The position numbers and the translations under genes were made by a program. This document shows, piece by piece, positions 29,277 to 38,485 of a stretch of DNA of 64,000 nucleotides (its first letter is position 1; the number at the start of each line of letters is the position of its first letter). The stretch spans positions 800,001 through 864,000 of the forward strand of contig CBDBCY010000004.1 of NCBI GenBank assembly GCA_965203555.1, read 5' to 3'. The notes under the pieces are model-generated. The model worked only from the letters and a program-made list of their open reading frames with translations, had not been told where the DNA came from and did not search any database. This stretch comes from Acidimicrobiia bacterium. GTDB taxonomy: Bacteria; Actinomycetota; Acidimicrobiia; Spongiisociales; ZC4RG35.

Positions 29277-30734
29277 TCAGGTGGAAAGCCTGGACAGGGC
29301 GTCCCTCAACCTTTCCAATGTCCTGTCTTTTCCCAAAGCAGCCAGTGACTCGAAGAGAGGAGGGCTGATAGAGGATCCGGTGACCGCCACCCGGACCGGT
29401 TGGAACCCTTTCCCGGCGCTGATCCCCATCTCGCTGATCAGATTACGCAGAGTCTGCTCCACGGTTTCGGTCCGCCAATCACCCAACGTCGCCAATGCGC
29501 CGATCGCCCCGGCAAGCACGTCACCTACCCCCTGCTTTCTCATTACCCTGCGCCACGACCGCGGGTGGTATTCGATCTGGTCCGACAACAGAAAACCAAG
29601 TTGGGGACCCACCTCCGACAGCAGTTTCACCCTCTCCTGGACGAGCGGGAGCACCGGACCGGTCTTCTCCCAGACCGCATCCGGAAGCGGGGCTCTCACG
29701 AATTCCTCGGCATAGGGCCGGGCGCGTGCTGAGAACTCGGATGTGGTGATACGGTTCCGTATGTACTCGCCGTTCATCCATTCCAGCTTCACCGGATCGA
29801 ACACGGCAGGACTGGAAGAAACATCCGCCAGGTCGAATGCTTCCACTGCCTCCCGGGGACTGAAGATGGTGACCTCCGGACCGATCGACCATCCCAGCAG
29901 CGACAGATAGTTGAACAGGGCCTCGGGCAGGAATCCCTTGCGCCGGTATTCACCCACATCGGTGGCGCCGTGACGCTTGGAGAGCTTGCGGCCATCCTGG
30001 CCGTGGAGGAGCGGAAGGTGGGCGTAGACCGGCTCGGGCGCCGACATCGCCCTGGTCAGCTGGATGTGGCGGGGCGTGGAGGGAAGGATGTCCTCCCCAC
30101 GCGCCACGTGGGTTATCTCATAGTCCACGTCGTCCACGGTGGACGCCAGGTGGTAGGTGGGAGATCCGTCGCTTCGTAGAATGATAAAGTCGTCGATCAC
30201 CCGGTGGTCGAAGCGAACCTCCCCTCTCACCATATCGGTGAAGACCGTCACCCCCGGGCGCGGCATACGGAATCTGATTACATGCCGTTCCCCCCTTGCA
30301 AGACGTTGCTCGACCTCCCCGGCTTCCAAAGACCTGCACCGTCCGTCGTATCCTGGCGGACGTCCCGCCCTCTGAGCCTCTTTTCGGCGCTCCGCCAGTT
30401 CTTCGGGGCTGCAAAAGCACCGGTAGGCGGTTCCATCTTCCACCAGTCGAGCCGCCACTTCCCGGTAGCGACCGAAGCGTCCGCTCTGCCGATACCGGCC
30501 GTGCGCACCGCCCACTTCCACTCCCTCATCCCAGTCGAGCCCCAGCCATCGAAGACCCTCCAGGATCTTTGCTTCGAATTCGGAAGTGGAACGTCGCCGG
30601 TCGGTGTCATCCACCCGTACGATGAAAACACCCTCGTGGCGGCGGGCATAGAGCCAGTTGAACAGGGCGGCGCGGGCGGTGCCGACATGCAGCAGTCCGG
30701 TCGGAGAGGGCGCCACCCGCAGACGGGGAGTCAT
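29277..30734 (-). CDS. gltX: Glutamate--tRNA ligase
   Basis: APSPTG..HVG, KLSKR. Confidence 0.95.
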   Translation of the reverse strand: MTPRLRVAPSPTGLLHVGTARAALFNWLYARRHEGVFIVRVDDTDRRRSTSEFEAKILEGLRWLGLDWDEGVEVGGAHGRYRQSGRFGRYREVAARLVEDGTAYRCFCSPEELAERRKEAQRAGRPPGYDGRCRSLEAGEVEQRLARGERHVIRFRMPRPGVTVFTDMVRGEVRFDHRVIDDFIILRSDGSPTYHLASTVDDVDYEITHVARGEDILPSTPRHIQLTRAMSAPEPVYAHLPLLHGQDGRKLSKRHGATDVGEYRRKGFLPEALFNYLSLLGWSIGPEVTIFSPREAVEAFDLADVSSSPAVFDPVKLEWMNGEYIRNRITTSEFSARARPYAEEFVRAPLPDAVWEKTGPVLPLVQERVKLLSEVGPQLGFLLSDQIEYHPRSWRRVMRKQGVGDVLAGAIGALATLGDWRTETVEQTLRNLISEMGISAGKGFQPVRVAVTGSSISPPLFESLAALGKDRTLERLRDALSRLST

Positions 30735-31483
30735 TCTCTCACCACCGGATTCACCAGCGCCCCGATCCCCTCGATCCGCACCTCCATGATCTCCCCCGGG
30801 TATGCAGGTCCTCCACCGTTGGTGGTGCCCGTCAGGATCACATCCCCGGGAAGGAGAGTCATCACGGAAGAGACGTAGGAGACGAGTTCACCCGGACCGT
30901 AAACCATCTCGGAAGAAAATGCCGACTGTCGCAGGTCATCATCGATCAGGCACTCCACCGGATGCTGCTCCAGCGGATCGAATTCGGTCTCGATCATCGG
31001 TCCCAGCGGGCAAAAGGTGTCGAATCCCTTGGCGCGCGTCAAGTGCTCGGGTCCGCCCATCAGATCAGGCAACCCAACATCGTTGGCGGCCGTGTAACCC
31101 AGAATGTAGGCGCCGGCATCCTCCACCCTGACGTGACGGGCGATCCGGCCGATAATCACCGCCAACTCGGCTTCATAGCTCACCGCCGAGGTCATCGCAG
31201 GCACAACTACCCCGGCGCCGGGACCCACCAGGGAAGTAGTGGGCTTCAAGAACAGATAGGGCTCGACAGGCTGATAGTCGTCCGGGTCGGCGTGGTTGCC
31301 GCCCACCCCGATCACCTTGGTGGGCAGCACCGGCGACAACACCCTTATCTCATCCCAGCCCAGCATCACTTCGGTGGGCTCCCAGACCACAAACGGAGAA
31401 CCTTCGTACAGGGTGACTCCTTCGATCTCGGCCACACCGTAGGCGATGTCGTCTCCGTAGCGAAACCGGACGATCTTTACCAA
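30731..31483 (-). CDS. Fumarylacetoacetate hydrolase family protein
   Basis: YEAELAV, ANDV, KGFDTFCPLGP, GDVILTGT; precedes gltX as in other actinobacteria. Confidence 0.9.
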   Translation of the reverse strand: MVKIVRFRYGDDIAYGVAEIEGVTLYEGSPFVVWEPTEVMLGWDEIRVLSPVLPTKVIGVGGNHADPDDYQPVEPYLFLKPTTSLVGPGAGVVVPAMTSAVSYEAELAVIIGRIARHVRVEDAGAYILGYTAANDVGLPDLMGGPEHLTRAKGFDTFCPLGPMIETEFDPLEQHPVECLIDDDLRQSAFSSEMVYGPGELVSYVSSVMTLLPGDVILTGTTNGGGPAYPGEIMEVRIEGIGALVNPVVRE

Positions 31484-31489
31484 GGAGAT

Positions 31490-31969
31490 TCAGTCCAGGT
31501 CGGCAATCGCAGACCGCGCAGCACCCGGTGACAGGCCGAGAAGTTCGTCGCCGATCTCCTCCGCCGCGGCGGCCCCGGGCACCGGCTCATGTCGTGACTT
31601 CTTGAGCCAGCGACGACGGCGCTGGCTCGCGGGACCTGAGGCTGCGTCCTCGAACCCCAACAGGATCCGCGCCACCTCCAAGTCCTCCGGAACCGGCGCC
31701 CGTCCGAACAGGGAAGCCCGGGCAGACATCAGGGTCACCAACACCGGTTCGGCCTGACTCTCCTCTTCAGAAAGGCCGACCTGCCGGACAATCCGGTACG
31801 CCCAACCGGTGTCCGGCCCCGGGCGCCCGAACAGACCCCCGGGGGATACCTGATGGGGAGCGGTGATCATTCCCGGCCGGTCGGGACGCCATCGAGCCGG
31901 CGCCGCCGGGGTCAGAACCGCGCGTGGAAGGTCCTGGTCAGGTGGATCTATGTTGGGCTGGCGAGTCAT
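31490..31969 (-). CDS. Hypothetical protein
   Basis: 159-aa ORF in operon; GRPGPDTGWA and RASLFGRAP motifs. Confidence 0.65.
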   Translation of the reverse strand: MTRQPNIDPPDQDLPRAVLTPAAPARWRPDRPGMITAPHQVSPGGLFGRPGPDTGWAYRIVRQVGLSEEESQAEPVLVTLMSARASLFGRAPVPEDLEVARILLGFEDAASGPASQRRRRWLKKSRHEPVPGAAAAEEIGDELLGLSPGAARSAIADLD

Positions 31970-31994
31970 CTACGCAGAAGCAGCCGTCGGCCAC

Positions 31995-32909
31995 TTACAC
32001 ATATTCGAGCCAGTGTTCCAACTCCGCATCCCTCCCGGAAACAAGGCGCTGGAACAGTTCCTGGGCCCGACGGGTGACCGGCCCCGGACGACCGGCCCCT
32101 ATTGGACGGCTATCGATCTCTCGTACCGGAGTCACCTCCGCCGCGGTTCCGGTGAAAAACACCTCATCTGCATTGAAAAGATCACCCCTGGTGAGAGTTG
32201 CCTCCCGGATTTCCACACCGTCGCGGGTCAGCAGGGTCATCACCGTGTCTCTGGTGATTCCATCCAGTATTCCGGAGGCCACCGGGGGTGTGAAGACCAC
32301 CCCGTCCCGTACCACGAACACGTTCTCGCCGCTGCCCTCGGAGACGTTTCCATCGGAGTTGAGCAACAGGGCCTCCTCGTATCCGTTGCTGATCGCCTCC
32401 ATCTTGGCCATCACGCTGTTGAGGTATTGCCCGCAACCCTTGGCCACCGGAACGAATGCCGCCGAACTGATCCGTCGCCACGAAGACACTCCCACCCGGA
32501 TTCCGTTCAATACTCCTTCCTCTCCCAGATATGCACCCCATCTCCAAGCCGCAATGGCCGTGTGCGGGGTGGCGCCGGACGGATTGAGGCCGATGGCGCC
32601 CAGCCCGTAGTAGGAGATGGGACGGATGTATCCAGACTCCAGCCCATTGTCTCTCATTACTGTCTTGCAGGCGTCTACCAATTCTTCCACCGAGTATTCG
32701 AGGGGGACGCGGTAGGCCCGGGCGGAACGGTGGAGCCGCTCAATGTGCTCCGTAAGCCGGAAGACAGCCGTTCCTTTATCGGTCTCATACGCCCGGATTC
32801 CCTCGAACACTCCGGTTCCGTAATGAAGGGAGTTGCTCAGCACGTGAACGGTGGCATCGTCCCAAGCGACGAGTTCCCCGTCCATCCATATATAAAGTGA
32901 GGGTTCCAT
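31995..32909 (-). CDS. ilvE: Branched-chain amino acid aminotransferase
   Basis: LHYGTGVFEGIRAY, EGSGEN, LDGITR, GTAAEV. Confidence 0.95.
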   Translation of the reverse strand: MEPSLYIWMDGELVAWDDATVHVLSNSLHYGTGVFEGIRAYETDKGTAVFRLTEHIERLHRSARAYRVPLEYSVEELVDACKTVMRDNGLESGYIRPISYYGLGAIGLNPSGATPHTAIAAWRWGAYLGEEGVLNGIRVGVSSWRRISSAAFVPVAKGCGQYLNSVMAKMEAISNGYEEALLLNSDGNVSEGSGENVFVVRDGVVFTPPVASGILDGITRDTVMTLLTRDGVEIREATLTRGDLFNADEVFFTGTAAEVTPVREIDSRPIGAGRPGPVTRRAQELFQRLVSGRDAELEHWLEYV

Positions 32910-33007
32910 CGCCCCTAGTTTGGCACATTCGGCGCTGCGTTTATCCGCACATTCCCCCAAAGGCCCTCCCATTTTGATGATATAGGAGCTCGGTACGCTT
33001 CACACAG

Positions 33008-33451
33008 ATGCGAAAACGGATTGCCTCCCTGTTCGGAGTGGGTCTCTTCCTGAACAGAATGCGGGGCTCCGACTCGGGATCGGGCACATTGGGAGCAGCG
33101 GTAGGACTGGCTGCAGCCTTGGCGGTCGGGGTACTGGGATGGGAGGCGCAGGCCTTGCTGGCCACGGCTGCGGCAGGGGTTTCCGTCTGGAGTTCGCACC
33201 CTTTCACCGATGATCCGGGCTGGGTAGTCATCGACGAAGCAGCCGGCGCGGCGCTGGCGGTCATCGGACTGGATCTCCCCGGGGCCGTGGCGGGATGGGT
33301 GATGTTCCGGCTTGTGGACATCTACAAGATCTTTCCCGGGATGAAATGGGCCGAACGTCTCCCGGGAGGGTGGGGCGTCACCGGCGACGACCTGGTAGCG
33401 GGAGGATACGGCTTGGCGGTTGGTTGGATCGTCCAACTCTGGCTGGGCTGA
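33008..33451 (+). CDS. pgpA: Phosphatidylglycerophosphatase A family protein
   Basis: SGTLG, DPGWVVIDE, FRLVDIYK, GGWGVTGDDLVAG. Confidence 0.85.
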   Translation: MRKRIASLFGVGLFLNRMRGSDSGSGTLGAAVGLAAALAVGVLGWEAQALLATAAAGVSVWSSHPFTDDPGWVVIDEAAGAALAVIGLDLPGAVAGWVMFRLVDIYKIFPGMKWAERLPGGWGVTGDDLVAGGYGLAVGWIVQLWLG

Positions 33452-33867
33452 TCGCAGTCTGTCATCCCAACCCCGTACCCACTTGCGGACGAGGTCGCGA
33501 TATTTTTCTTTGAGAAATCGTTGTGTAATGGTTGAAGTCTGTCTCAGGCCCGGTGCATATTGAATAGACAAACATGATTGCGGTCCGGACCGTGGTCATC
33601 AGATCGGTCTTGTTCTTGGTCGAGACGCTGGTTTGACAGTGTCCCCGAGGGCGGACTATCTAGCCGACAACTGATTATGTTTCGGGTTCGGACAGGCCTG
33701 CGCCTGTTCGCGCCTTTTGTGACGGTCAGGAGGCGGCGGGTCGGGAGGGGAAACCCAAAATAGGAGGGTGATGCCGCGGGGCAAGAGTGGGAAAACCGGA
33801 TGGCAGGGGACCGGTGGCGGGTGGAGGATGGCGTCCCGGGTGGGAAGAGTCGGGGGAAGTGGTCTGT

Positions 33868-35115
33868 TTATTTTCGTTGTTTTATGGTGGGTCGGCGTTT
33901 GCGGGAGTAGCGGCTGTTGGGTCGGCGTTTGCGGGGGTAGCGGTGGGAGGTGTTTTGGCGGGATGGGCGTCCCCATTGGGTGGGTGGTCGGCGGAGGGTG
34001 TATCTTCCTGCTGGTGACTGGTGTACTGTCCAGTCGTTGTCGTGTACTTTGTGGTGGCATCTGCTGCACAGCAGGACGAGGTTGTCGATGTTGGTGGGGC
34101 CTCCGTCGGCCCAGTGGATGATGTGATGCGCCTGGCACCAGGCGGCTTTCGCTCCGCACCCGACACAGTGTTTGTCCCGGGCGATGAGCGCGGCGCGTTG
34201 GGCCGGGTTGGCTTTGCGTCGGGCCCGTCCCAGATCCAGGGGTATCGAAGACCCCGAGAAGATGGCGGGCAGGACCTGCGCGTCACACGCCAGGTGGCGC
34301 AATGCCCGGGCGGGGATGGGGGTTCCATCGGACAGACGGGCATTTTTCAGTTGTTGACCGATAGTGTCGTAATCGGCGATCAGCAACAACCGCACATCCT
34401 GGGAACGGCCGTCTTTTCCCTCCCGAGTAAGAAGTTTGGATAGGGCGTCGGCCATTCTCTGTCCCGATGTGGCCCGGTTCCGGGGGTCTTCTTTGTGCCA
34501 TAGTTGTTTCATCATGTGTGACACGGCCGTTTCGACCCGAGCGCCGGTGACCGGATCGAACCTCCCGTAAAGGACGGTCATCCCGTCGTCTTGGTCGGTG
34601 GTGATCCTGGCGAACCGCCGCGACCGCTGATGCTCTAACTTCGACACACCATCATCTCGGGCACGCTGTTGTTCGTGTTTGCGGACCGTCGCCGCGAACT
34701 TGTCAGGAGACTGGGAACGAGCATCGTCCAGCAGTTCGTCTTCTGCTATGGTTCCCCGCTGGTTGGCACCGGCGATGATCCGCGCGTTGTCGTGGGAGAT
34801 CTCACCTTTGCGTAACCCTTTTCGCGTTTTTGGTAGTTCTTCCAATGCTTTGGCGGTTTCTACTTCTGACCGTGCTTTCCGACGGCCCAGCAGACCGTCG
34901 GTTTGCAACACCGTTTCTACCACCTCGGTGCCTTCCCGGCGGCGCAACTCCGACACAATCTCGGCGCGGATCGCCGCTGCCTGGTTCTGAACGCGGACAG
35001 TGGACTTCAACCGCTGGCGCAACTGCTCCAACGAAGCCTCCGAAACCGGCAAAGAAGGCACCAACAAACGCACCCGGTTGGTCACGGATGTTCCGTTCAC
35101 GTCTTTTCTGTTCAT
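33868..35115 (-). CDS. DUF222 / 13E12-family HNH endonuclease
   Basis: ACDA..LDLGR, RDKHCVGC, CQAHHIIHWADGGPTNIDNLVLLCSRCHHKVH. Confidence 0.85.
   Translation of the reverse strand: MNRKDVNGTSVTNRVRLLVPSLPVSEASLEQLRQRLKSTVRVQNQAAAIRAEIVSELRRREGTEVVETVLQTDGLLGRRKARSEVETAKALEELPKTRKGLRKGEISHDNARIIAGANQRGTIAEDELLDDARSQSPDKFAATVRKHEQQRARDDGVSKLEHQRSRRFARITTDQDDGMTVLYGRFDPVTGARVETAVSHMMKQLWHKEDPRNRATSGQRMADALSKLLTREGKDGRSQDVRLLLIADYDTIGQQLKNARLSDGTPIPARALRHLACDAQVLPAIFSGSSIPLDLGRARRKANPAQRAALIARDKHCVGCGAKAAWCQAHHIIHWADGGPTNIDNLVLLCSRCHHKVHDNDWTVHQSPAGRYTLRRPPTQWGRPSRQNTSHRYPRKRRPNSRYSRKRRPTIKQRK
33888..33943. repeat. 30-bp near-perfect tandem repeat in the HNH gene tail
   Basis: TGGGTCGGCGTTTGCGGGRGTAGCGG at 33888 and 33918; encodes RYxRKRRP twice. 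Confidence 0.85.
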
Positions 35116-35122
35116 AGATACC

Positions 35123-35145
35123 AGTATGCACCAGGGGTGTGACAA
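35123..35145 (-). promoter_or_regulatory. RecA-NDp / PafBC-type promoter, likely giving a leaderless HNH mRNA
   Basis: TTGTC-acacccctggtg-CATACT ending 7 nt before ATG 35115; shares TTGTCACA with the recA promoter. Confidence 0.6.
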
Positions 35146-35279
35146 ACAATGCCATATATCACTAAGTTGTTAAAAGAAACACTATATGGGAAGGTCAGCT
35201 TGGCGGTTGGATGGATCGCCCGACTTCGGCTAGTCTGATCGCAAGCCACCGGGCAACCAAGCTTCCACGGAGAGCGACG

Positions 35280-36080
35280 ATGACCGACTACCTATTCGAT
35301 GCCGACACCCGTCACGCCTTGACTTCGGTCGGCGCCGGCGAGTTCACCGCCAAGGTCAGTTCCCACTGGAACATAGGAGGAGTGCCCAACGGTGGATTCT
35401 CGATGGCCCTGTGTCTCGCCGCTGCCATTCGGGAAGTCCCCCATACCGATCCCCTCTCCATGAGCACTCACTTCCTGGGGAAGACCATACCTGGCGAGGC
35501 AGCCATTCGGTGTCGGGTACTCAAGCGAGGTCGCAGTCTCTCGGTGACAGCGGTTGATCTCGTCCAGGGCGAACGGGTAACCATCAACTCTGTTATCACC
35601 TGGGGGGATCTGTCCAAGTTCACAGGACCCGACGGACCGCCCCTACCGCCGCCGGACCTTCCGGCCGAAGCGGACATGCGCAGGGGTTTCCAAATGACGC
35701 CGGATTCGTCTTTCACCGAGAAATTCGACTATCTGATGCCCCACGACATAGCTCAGGGGGCCTCGGGCAGACCCACCGGCAGGGCACAGGCGAAGGGTCG
35801 GATGCGATTTGCGGACGGCCGCCCACCGGACCTGCTTTCCATGCCGCTGATCGCCGATGGTTTCCCGCCCGCCATCTTCCAACTCGGACACTACGGATGG
35901 GCGCCCACCCTAGAACTCACCATCCACTTCCGCGCCCGCCCGTGCCCGGGCTGGCTGACCGTCGATCAACGCGCCCGCCACCTCGTGAACGGCACCTTCG
36001 AAGAGGATTGCAACATCTGGGACTCCGACGGCAACCTGGTCGCCATGTCCCGCCAACTAGGCCGAACTCTGACCGGATAA
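35280..36080 (+). CDS. Acyl-CoA thioesterase family (double hot-dog fold)
   Basis: WNIGGVPNGG, ADGFPP, PTLELTIH, LVAMSRQ. Confidence 0.85.
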   Translation: MTDYLFDADTRHALTSVGAGEFTAKVSSHWNIGGVPNGGFSMALCLAAAIREVPHTDPLSMSTHFLGKTIPGEAAIRCRVLKRGRSLSVTAVDLVQGERVTINSVITWGDLSKFTGPDGPPLPPPDLPAEADMRRGFQMTPDSSFTEKFDYLMPHDIAQGASGRPTGRAQAKGRMRFADGRPPDLLSMPLIADGFPPAIFQLGHYGWAPTLELTIHFRARPCPGWLTVDQRARHLVNGTFEEDCNIWDSDGNLVAMSRQLGRTLTG

Positions 36081-36143
36081 GACCAAGGGGATTCAAAGAG
36101 CGGGTTTTCACACCTTTTGTCTCCTACTGCTTACAATGGCCTC

Positions 36144-37277
36144 ATGTTCAGGGAAAAGATCACGGAGCATGGACGGCGGGTTGAGACATTGCTCAAGGAC
36201 TTTCCGGAAATCAAAAAACTCGAGGCCGCCACCAAAAACAGTCTGATCGAACCTCTTCTCCGGTGTCTTGGCTATGACACCGGCCATCCTCAACAGGTTG
36301 CACTGGAGGCGCTCACGGAACTTGGCGAAAGAATCGATTATGTGCTGACCGGAGAGGCAAACGTCAAGATTGCAGTCGAAGCGAAGAAAGCCGGAAATCC
36401 GCTGTCCGTAAAGGAGACAAACCAACTGCGGTCTTACTTCACCTTCTCTGAAGCAGTGGCAGGCGTTCTGACCAACGGCATCGACGTCTGGCTCTTCACT
36501 GATCTGGACAAGGCCAACGTGATGGACGCCGAGCCCTATCTAATGGTGGACACCCGCAATGTCACTGATAACGACACATTCCATCTGGAAACGCTGACAA
36601 GAAGCCAAGTGAGCCAAACTGCTATTCACGAACAGGCTCAGAGGGAGCGGTACAGAATACTGATCAACAAGATTGTGACCCAAGAGTTGGGCACCCCTTC
36701 CCAAGAATTTCTCAGGATGGTCGGCAAGAAGGCCGAGATAAAGCCACTTACCAAAGCCACCCTTGAGTCTATAAAACCTCTGGTAGCCGAAGCTATCGAC
36801 CAAAGCCGGGGAGTCACCATCCCTTCCAACACAAAACCATCGCCGCCTGCAGGGCTAGATCCCAAACCTCCATCCCCCACTCCGCCAGCCTCCCCTCCTG
36901 CTAAGGACCCTCCCGAACTCGGACCTGGGAAAAGCCTACTTAACACTGTCCAGATTCAAAGAGCGACGCTGTTCGGGGAGGTTCTTCCTGCGAAGAGCTA
37001 CAGACAGATGCTGCTAGCCGTGGTTGCCGAACTCCAGGCACGGCATCCAAACGAATTCCCGGACCGAGTCCGCAATAAGGACTTCAAGGGAAGACAATGG
37101 TGGTTCATTAGTAGGGATCAGAGCGACCTTAGCCCAAAACTCTCGAAAGCCAAGGTGGGTGAGTATTACGTTAATACAAATTTCAGCAGACTAGGATCGA
37201 TTAAGCAGGCCCACCGATTCCTGATCGCCTTTGGCTACGGTGTCAAAGCGTTAGAAATCCGGACATCTGACGACTGA
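36144..37277 (+). CDS. HsdR_N-like restriction endonuclease domain, Pro-rich linker and SeqA-C-like C-terminal domain
   Basis: ATKNSLIEPLL..LGYD, IDY..VEAKK, QLRSY, GVLTNG; tail HPNEF..KGRQWWFIS..YYVNTNFS; lower GC than flanks. Confidence 0.7.
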   Translation: MFREKITEHGRRVETLLKDFPEIKKLEAATKNSLIEPLLRCLGYDTGHPQQVALEALTELGERIDYVLTGEANVKIAVEAKKAGNPLSVKETNQLRSYFTFSEAVAGVLTNGIDVWLFTDLDKANVMDAEPYLMVDTRNVTDNDTFHLETLTRSQVSQTAIHEQAQRERYRILINKIVTQELGTPSQEFLRMVGKKAEIKPLTKATLESIKPLVAEAIDQSRGVTIPSNTKPSPPAGLDPKPPSPTPPASPPAKDPPELGPGKSLLNTVQIQRATLFGEVLPAKSYRQMLLAVVAELQARHPNEFPDRVRNKDFKGRQWWFISRDQSDLSPKLSKAKVGEYYVNTNFSRLGSIKQAHRFLIAFGYGVKALEIRTSDD

Positions 37278-37289
37278 TCCACCAGACCG

Positions 37290-38483
37290 CTAGCCAACGT
37301 ATCTTGAGGCTTCGGTGGCTGGATCACCGATTGGCCTCCAGGCAAAAGCCTCCAGATAGGGGTTAGGGGTTCCTTCGATTGCATCTGCAATCAGACCGCC
37401 CAAGACGGGACCGAACTTGAAGCCGTGGCCGCTGCCGCCGCTGGCAACCGTCAAACCTTCAACCTCGGGATGTTGGCTGATCAGGAAGTTTCCGTCCCAG
37501 GTGTCCGTGTAGACACACATCTTCAGGGCATGAAGCGGGGCATCCGCCAGAACTGGCAGGGAGTGCGACAGAAAGTCCCGGCAATGGGCGACGTCTTCAT
37601 CTCCGGGCGGAACGCGCGGTGCGTCCGCAGACACAGAATACCCGGGCCCATGGACGCCGATCTTGACTACCCCCTCCCGGTTGGCGGGGAAACCGTACCA
37701 GCCGGTGGTGGCGATGTCTGCACCCCAGGGCGGAAATAGAGGAGGTCGGAAAGGCTCCGGGTCGGCCGGCTCGAAATAGAGGATCGGCTGGCCGGACAGT
37801 CGAAGGAAACCGTTCAGCTCCGGAAGAAGCGAGGGAGTCCACACTCCGGCCGCCACTACCACATGATCAGCCTTGATCTCCGTCCCGTCCTCGGTGACCA
37901 CCCCCGAGACACCCCCACTTCCCACACTTATCGACGACACCACCGCCGTCCTCAAACCGATTCCCCTAGCCGTGGCATCCCGTGCCAACAGGGCAACTAC
38001 CGATCCTGCCTCCGCCCACCCTCCCCTCTGATTGAAATAGCCGTCGACGTAGTAGTCGGAATTCCATCCGGGATACCGGGAAGCTATCTCCGGTGACCCC
38101 AGCCTCTGCAACGAAAAACCCTCCTCGGAGAGAGTACGGTAGGAGTCACCCTCGAATCCCTCCTCCTCCAACGGCCTGCTACTAAGGAATAAAAGACCGT
38201 CCTGGTGATACAGGTCCCGTCCCCAGTGCGCATTCCACCGGCGCCAACCGTCAATGGCTTCATTGGCCAGACGACAGTGCAACCGATCGTTCCCGTAGTC
38301 CGTCCTTACCATCCGGCTCACGTCATTGGAAGCCGCCGAGGGATGCGGTATGGGACCGGCGTTGACTACGGTGACCTGGTATCCCCTATCCGCCAACTCC
38401 AATGCCCCGGCCAGGCCAAAGATGCCCGCGCCGACCATGACAACCGTTCGTCCACGAGCGGTAATCGAGGAAGAGTATCCCAT
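37290..38483 (-). CDS. FAD-dependent oxidoreductase (monomeric sarcosine / fructosyl-amine oxidase family)
   Basis: GAGIFG, ASNDVSRMVR, CVYTDT, GGSGHGFKF. Confidence 0.85.
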   Translation of the reverse strand: MGYSSSITARGRTVVMVGAGIFGLAGALELADRGYQVTVVNAGPIPHPSAASNDVSRMVRTDYGNDRLHCRLANEAIDGWRRWNAHWGRDLYHQDGLLFLSSRPLEEEGFEGDSYRTLSEEGFSLQRLGSPEIASRYPGWNSDYYVDGYFNQRGGWAEAGSVVALLARDATARGIGLRTAVVSSISVGSGGVSGVVTEDGTEIKADHVVVAAGVWTPSLLPELNGFLRLSGQPILYFEPADPEPFRPPLFPPWGADIATTGWYGFPANREGVVKIGVHGPGYSVSADAPRVPPGDEDVAHCRDFLSHSLPVLADAPLHALKMCVYTDTWDGNFLISQHPEVEGLTVASGGSGHGFKFGPVLGGLIADAIEGTPNPYLEAFAWRPIGDPATEASRYVG

Positions 38484-38485
38484 GG

